DNA from: an uncultured bacterium
Lineage (GTDB): Bacteria > GCA-001730085
DNA: 32,000 bases
Assembly (NCBI GenBank): GCA_964565945.1
Contig: CAZMGY010000034.1
Location: 14,856 to 46,855 of the forward strand
Reading direction: 5' to 3'
Both the position numbers and the translations under genes were made by a program. The stretch's first letter is position 1; each line of letters begins with the position of its first letter. Below are positions 31,701 through 32,000 of this stretch, piece by piece. The notes beneath the pieces are model-generated. The model saw nothing but the letters and a program-made list of their open reading frames with translations, did no database searches and was not told where the DNA came from.

Positions 31701-32000
31701 TTGGTTTAAGGTTTCATATGGAACACTGAGAGGGGGTATGCGTGACAAAAATGCATTTAGAGAGGCGCATCCTGCTCAAGTGGAGGTTGCTTCCGAAAGA
31801 GACGATGATGCCTTAAGGAAGAGATTAAATGATTTCTTGACGGCAGGGGCAGGAGTTACACCACAACAGGGGCAAAGGGAAGGAGGCGTTTTTCAATTAT
31901 TGAGGAGCCTTTTGAAAGACTGGGATCAGGTGACAGCTTTGTTTCAAAATCATGTGACCGATTGGACTAATGAAGATGTGAGAACTCACAAGGATGTTGA
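28702..32000 (+). CDS. 5' part (at least 1,099 codons) of a giant Trp-rich, internally repetitive protein of unknown function; continues beyond the window
   Basis: Hand translation of every line from 28681 to 32000 in the frame aligned to the line starts gives no stop codon. The last in-frame stop is TAA at 28582-28584. The first in-frame ATG is 28702; TTG 28690 is the only earlier canonical start. The repeat copies differ by in-frame indels and many conservative changes, which is consistent with coding selection. It is missing from the ORF track, presumably because no stop lies in the window. Confidence 0.85.
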   Translation, partial: MMMNLWGLSVPSQLTMLPGVANTAQILSAKMNLISVEGILGDLTQIFQDHWHWLIAIKHEDFIPEEAHFEKRDKAQVLFKALKTKALDEENVALYTEVVQFEKFWSEFVFVFLPNYMWNVYIGKGFSKKFPAFWEKYFEKHWPEQKYDESFYKEWTECLSNQVGFVWSTEQWNHTNEHQNWQVLFARYEEAHDQQVLGQRFELYVQHWKVWLSDKNSVLENLDEDAMVKYRKALNAHQALKKSLVLPLAPVSQPVDVAVISRGGGAFGTVSESADADLRKKLDDFLKAKNTQQEGQKEGVAFQLLRGLLKEWSQVTAFFQNHVTDWVNEPVGIHNDVEWRAKVAQKLLLILADEQNFTNVENRSDKSQALIKAMLGWSENAQGDDALWRRASERFQNILAHVPLNSHDVQRKWPAVWGELWSGLQGYDEQINRLVQSFKSFLKDYIFHMSQAEGLDYDMEQIIEESLLEQMRQGSEAIKKIAQQMKGELNENLNNRGQEWLQFQGFLDRLLQQLIVLATLLGGELSPEILPFWTKTLVNIEPSKQVPIYDQAVFEQWTTEWKELWSIIVSEKWVSNRYFLIDVISALRKVTQKYMVFEGREVFRGADEHMARLMKDFNGSLQTWVSQRAKNNVSDSTLVTLAEQVETMRGIAQQMRNQGKSVIANKGEEWMRHYGFLQRLMQNIGEMGDLLSAINICKGPPNRESLLMAGKFIYLINKVSPADSLTIVVKDQDVYIAWTELWSQVWDILLSSDLWNGEAPEFFISMRDTLNSKLVFEEVQSMELLSQMATETGGRHSSPEGSLSPEDRGFVLMPALPQTKIYSEGTVVWEETLKNWDITDFVGHVRVNHKQSSLVQSIPANTYKQTIDTILVHPSAFQLPGALMHFLMRNEMHHLMIAGDTELQEFYAQEPPFILGTDNLLYTIATTPREVWAEVLKAMKDYADKLEQAGVENVNRYRILLTALDAMTSPKLYESLLKTEGKEINYWILQQSDLLDKFDDWFKVSYGTLRGGMRDKNAFREAHPAQVEVASERDDDALRKRLNDFLTAGAGVTPQQGQREGGVFQLLRSLLKDWDQVTALFQNHVTDWTNEDVRTHKDV
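29515..29716 (+). repeat. Start of long-period module, copy 1 (inside the giant ORF)
   Basis: ..DLRKKLDDFLKAKNTQQEGQKEGVAFQLLRGLLKEWSQVTAFFQNHVTDWVNEPVGIHNDVE. It contains a 24-nt stretch (29656-29679, tttcaaaatcatgtgaccgattgg) identical to 31942-31965. Confidence 0.85.
29950..30930 (+). repeat. Nested degenerate sub-repeats of about 144-177 codons inside module 1
   Basis: W-x-E-L-W-S occurs three times (WGELWS 29950-29967, WKELWS 30382-30399, WTELWS 30913-30930). IAQQM...EW(L/M)..GFL.RL(L/M)Q occurs twice, exactly 510 nt apart (30142 and 30652). Confidence 0.7.
31792..32000 (+). repeat. Start of long-period module, copy 2 (truncated by the window edge)
   Basis: ..ALRKRLNDFLTAGAGVTPQQGQREGGVFQLLRSLLKDWDQVTALFQNHVTDWTNEDVRTHKDV. 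Offset from copy 1 is 2,280 nt before and 2,286 nt after an in-frame 6-nt indel. About two-thirds of the aligned residues are identical (hand alignment). Confidence 0.85.

Overview
About 42% G+C bacterial chromosomal DNA; I cannot name the organism from sequence alone. Positions 1-27845 are an ordinary, tightly packed housekeeping block. It holds pstS(3' end)-pstC-pstA-pstB-phoU, a YihY-family membrane protein, topoisomerase III and a glutaredoxin/BolA/Grx4 trio. Next come xth and dcd, then a minus-strand run of metH, thiC, bioB, a TIGR01777-type epimerase and an SRPBCC protein. It ends with yggS-proC-yggT-aldo/keto reductase, fabD, polA and gap-pgk-tpiA. Several maximal ORFs in the supplied track are over-extended at the 5' end (pstB, topB, grx, metH, polA, gap, pgk); I give trimmed starts. 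Just after tpiA the character changes. There is a decayed, 5'-truncated IS3-family transposase remnant (about 27882-28440), then a very AT-rich spacer of roughly 15% G+C. After that comes an open frame that is not in the ORF track. It has no stop from 28585 to the window end at 32000, and its first ATG is at 28702, giving at least 1,099 codons. I could not assign the protein to any family. It is about 3.6% Trp and looks helical. It repeats at two scales: a roughly 760-codon module whose second copy begins just before the window edge, and nested units of about 170 codons marked by W-x-E-L-W-S and IAQQM. Its 5' end is odd: a 16-codon upstream ORF with a signal-peptide-like start ends in an ATGA overlap with the first ATG. 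This giant orphan gene is the main candidate for something new. All product calls rest on motifs I recognise by eye; no database search was possible.
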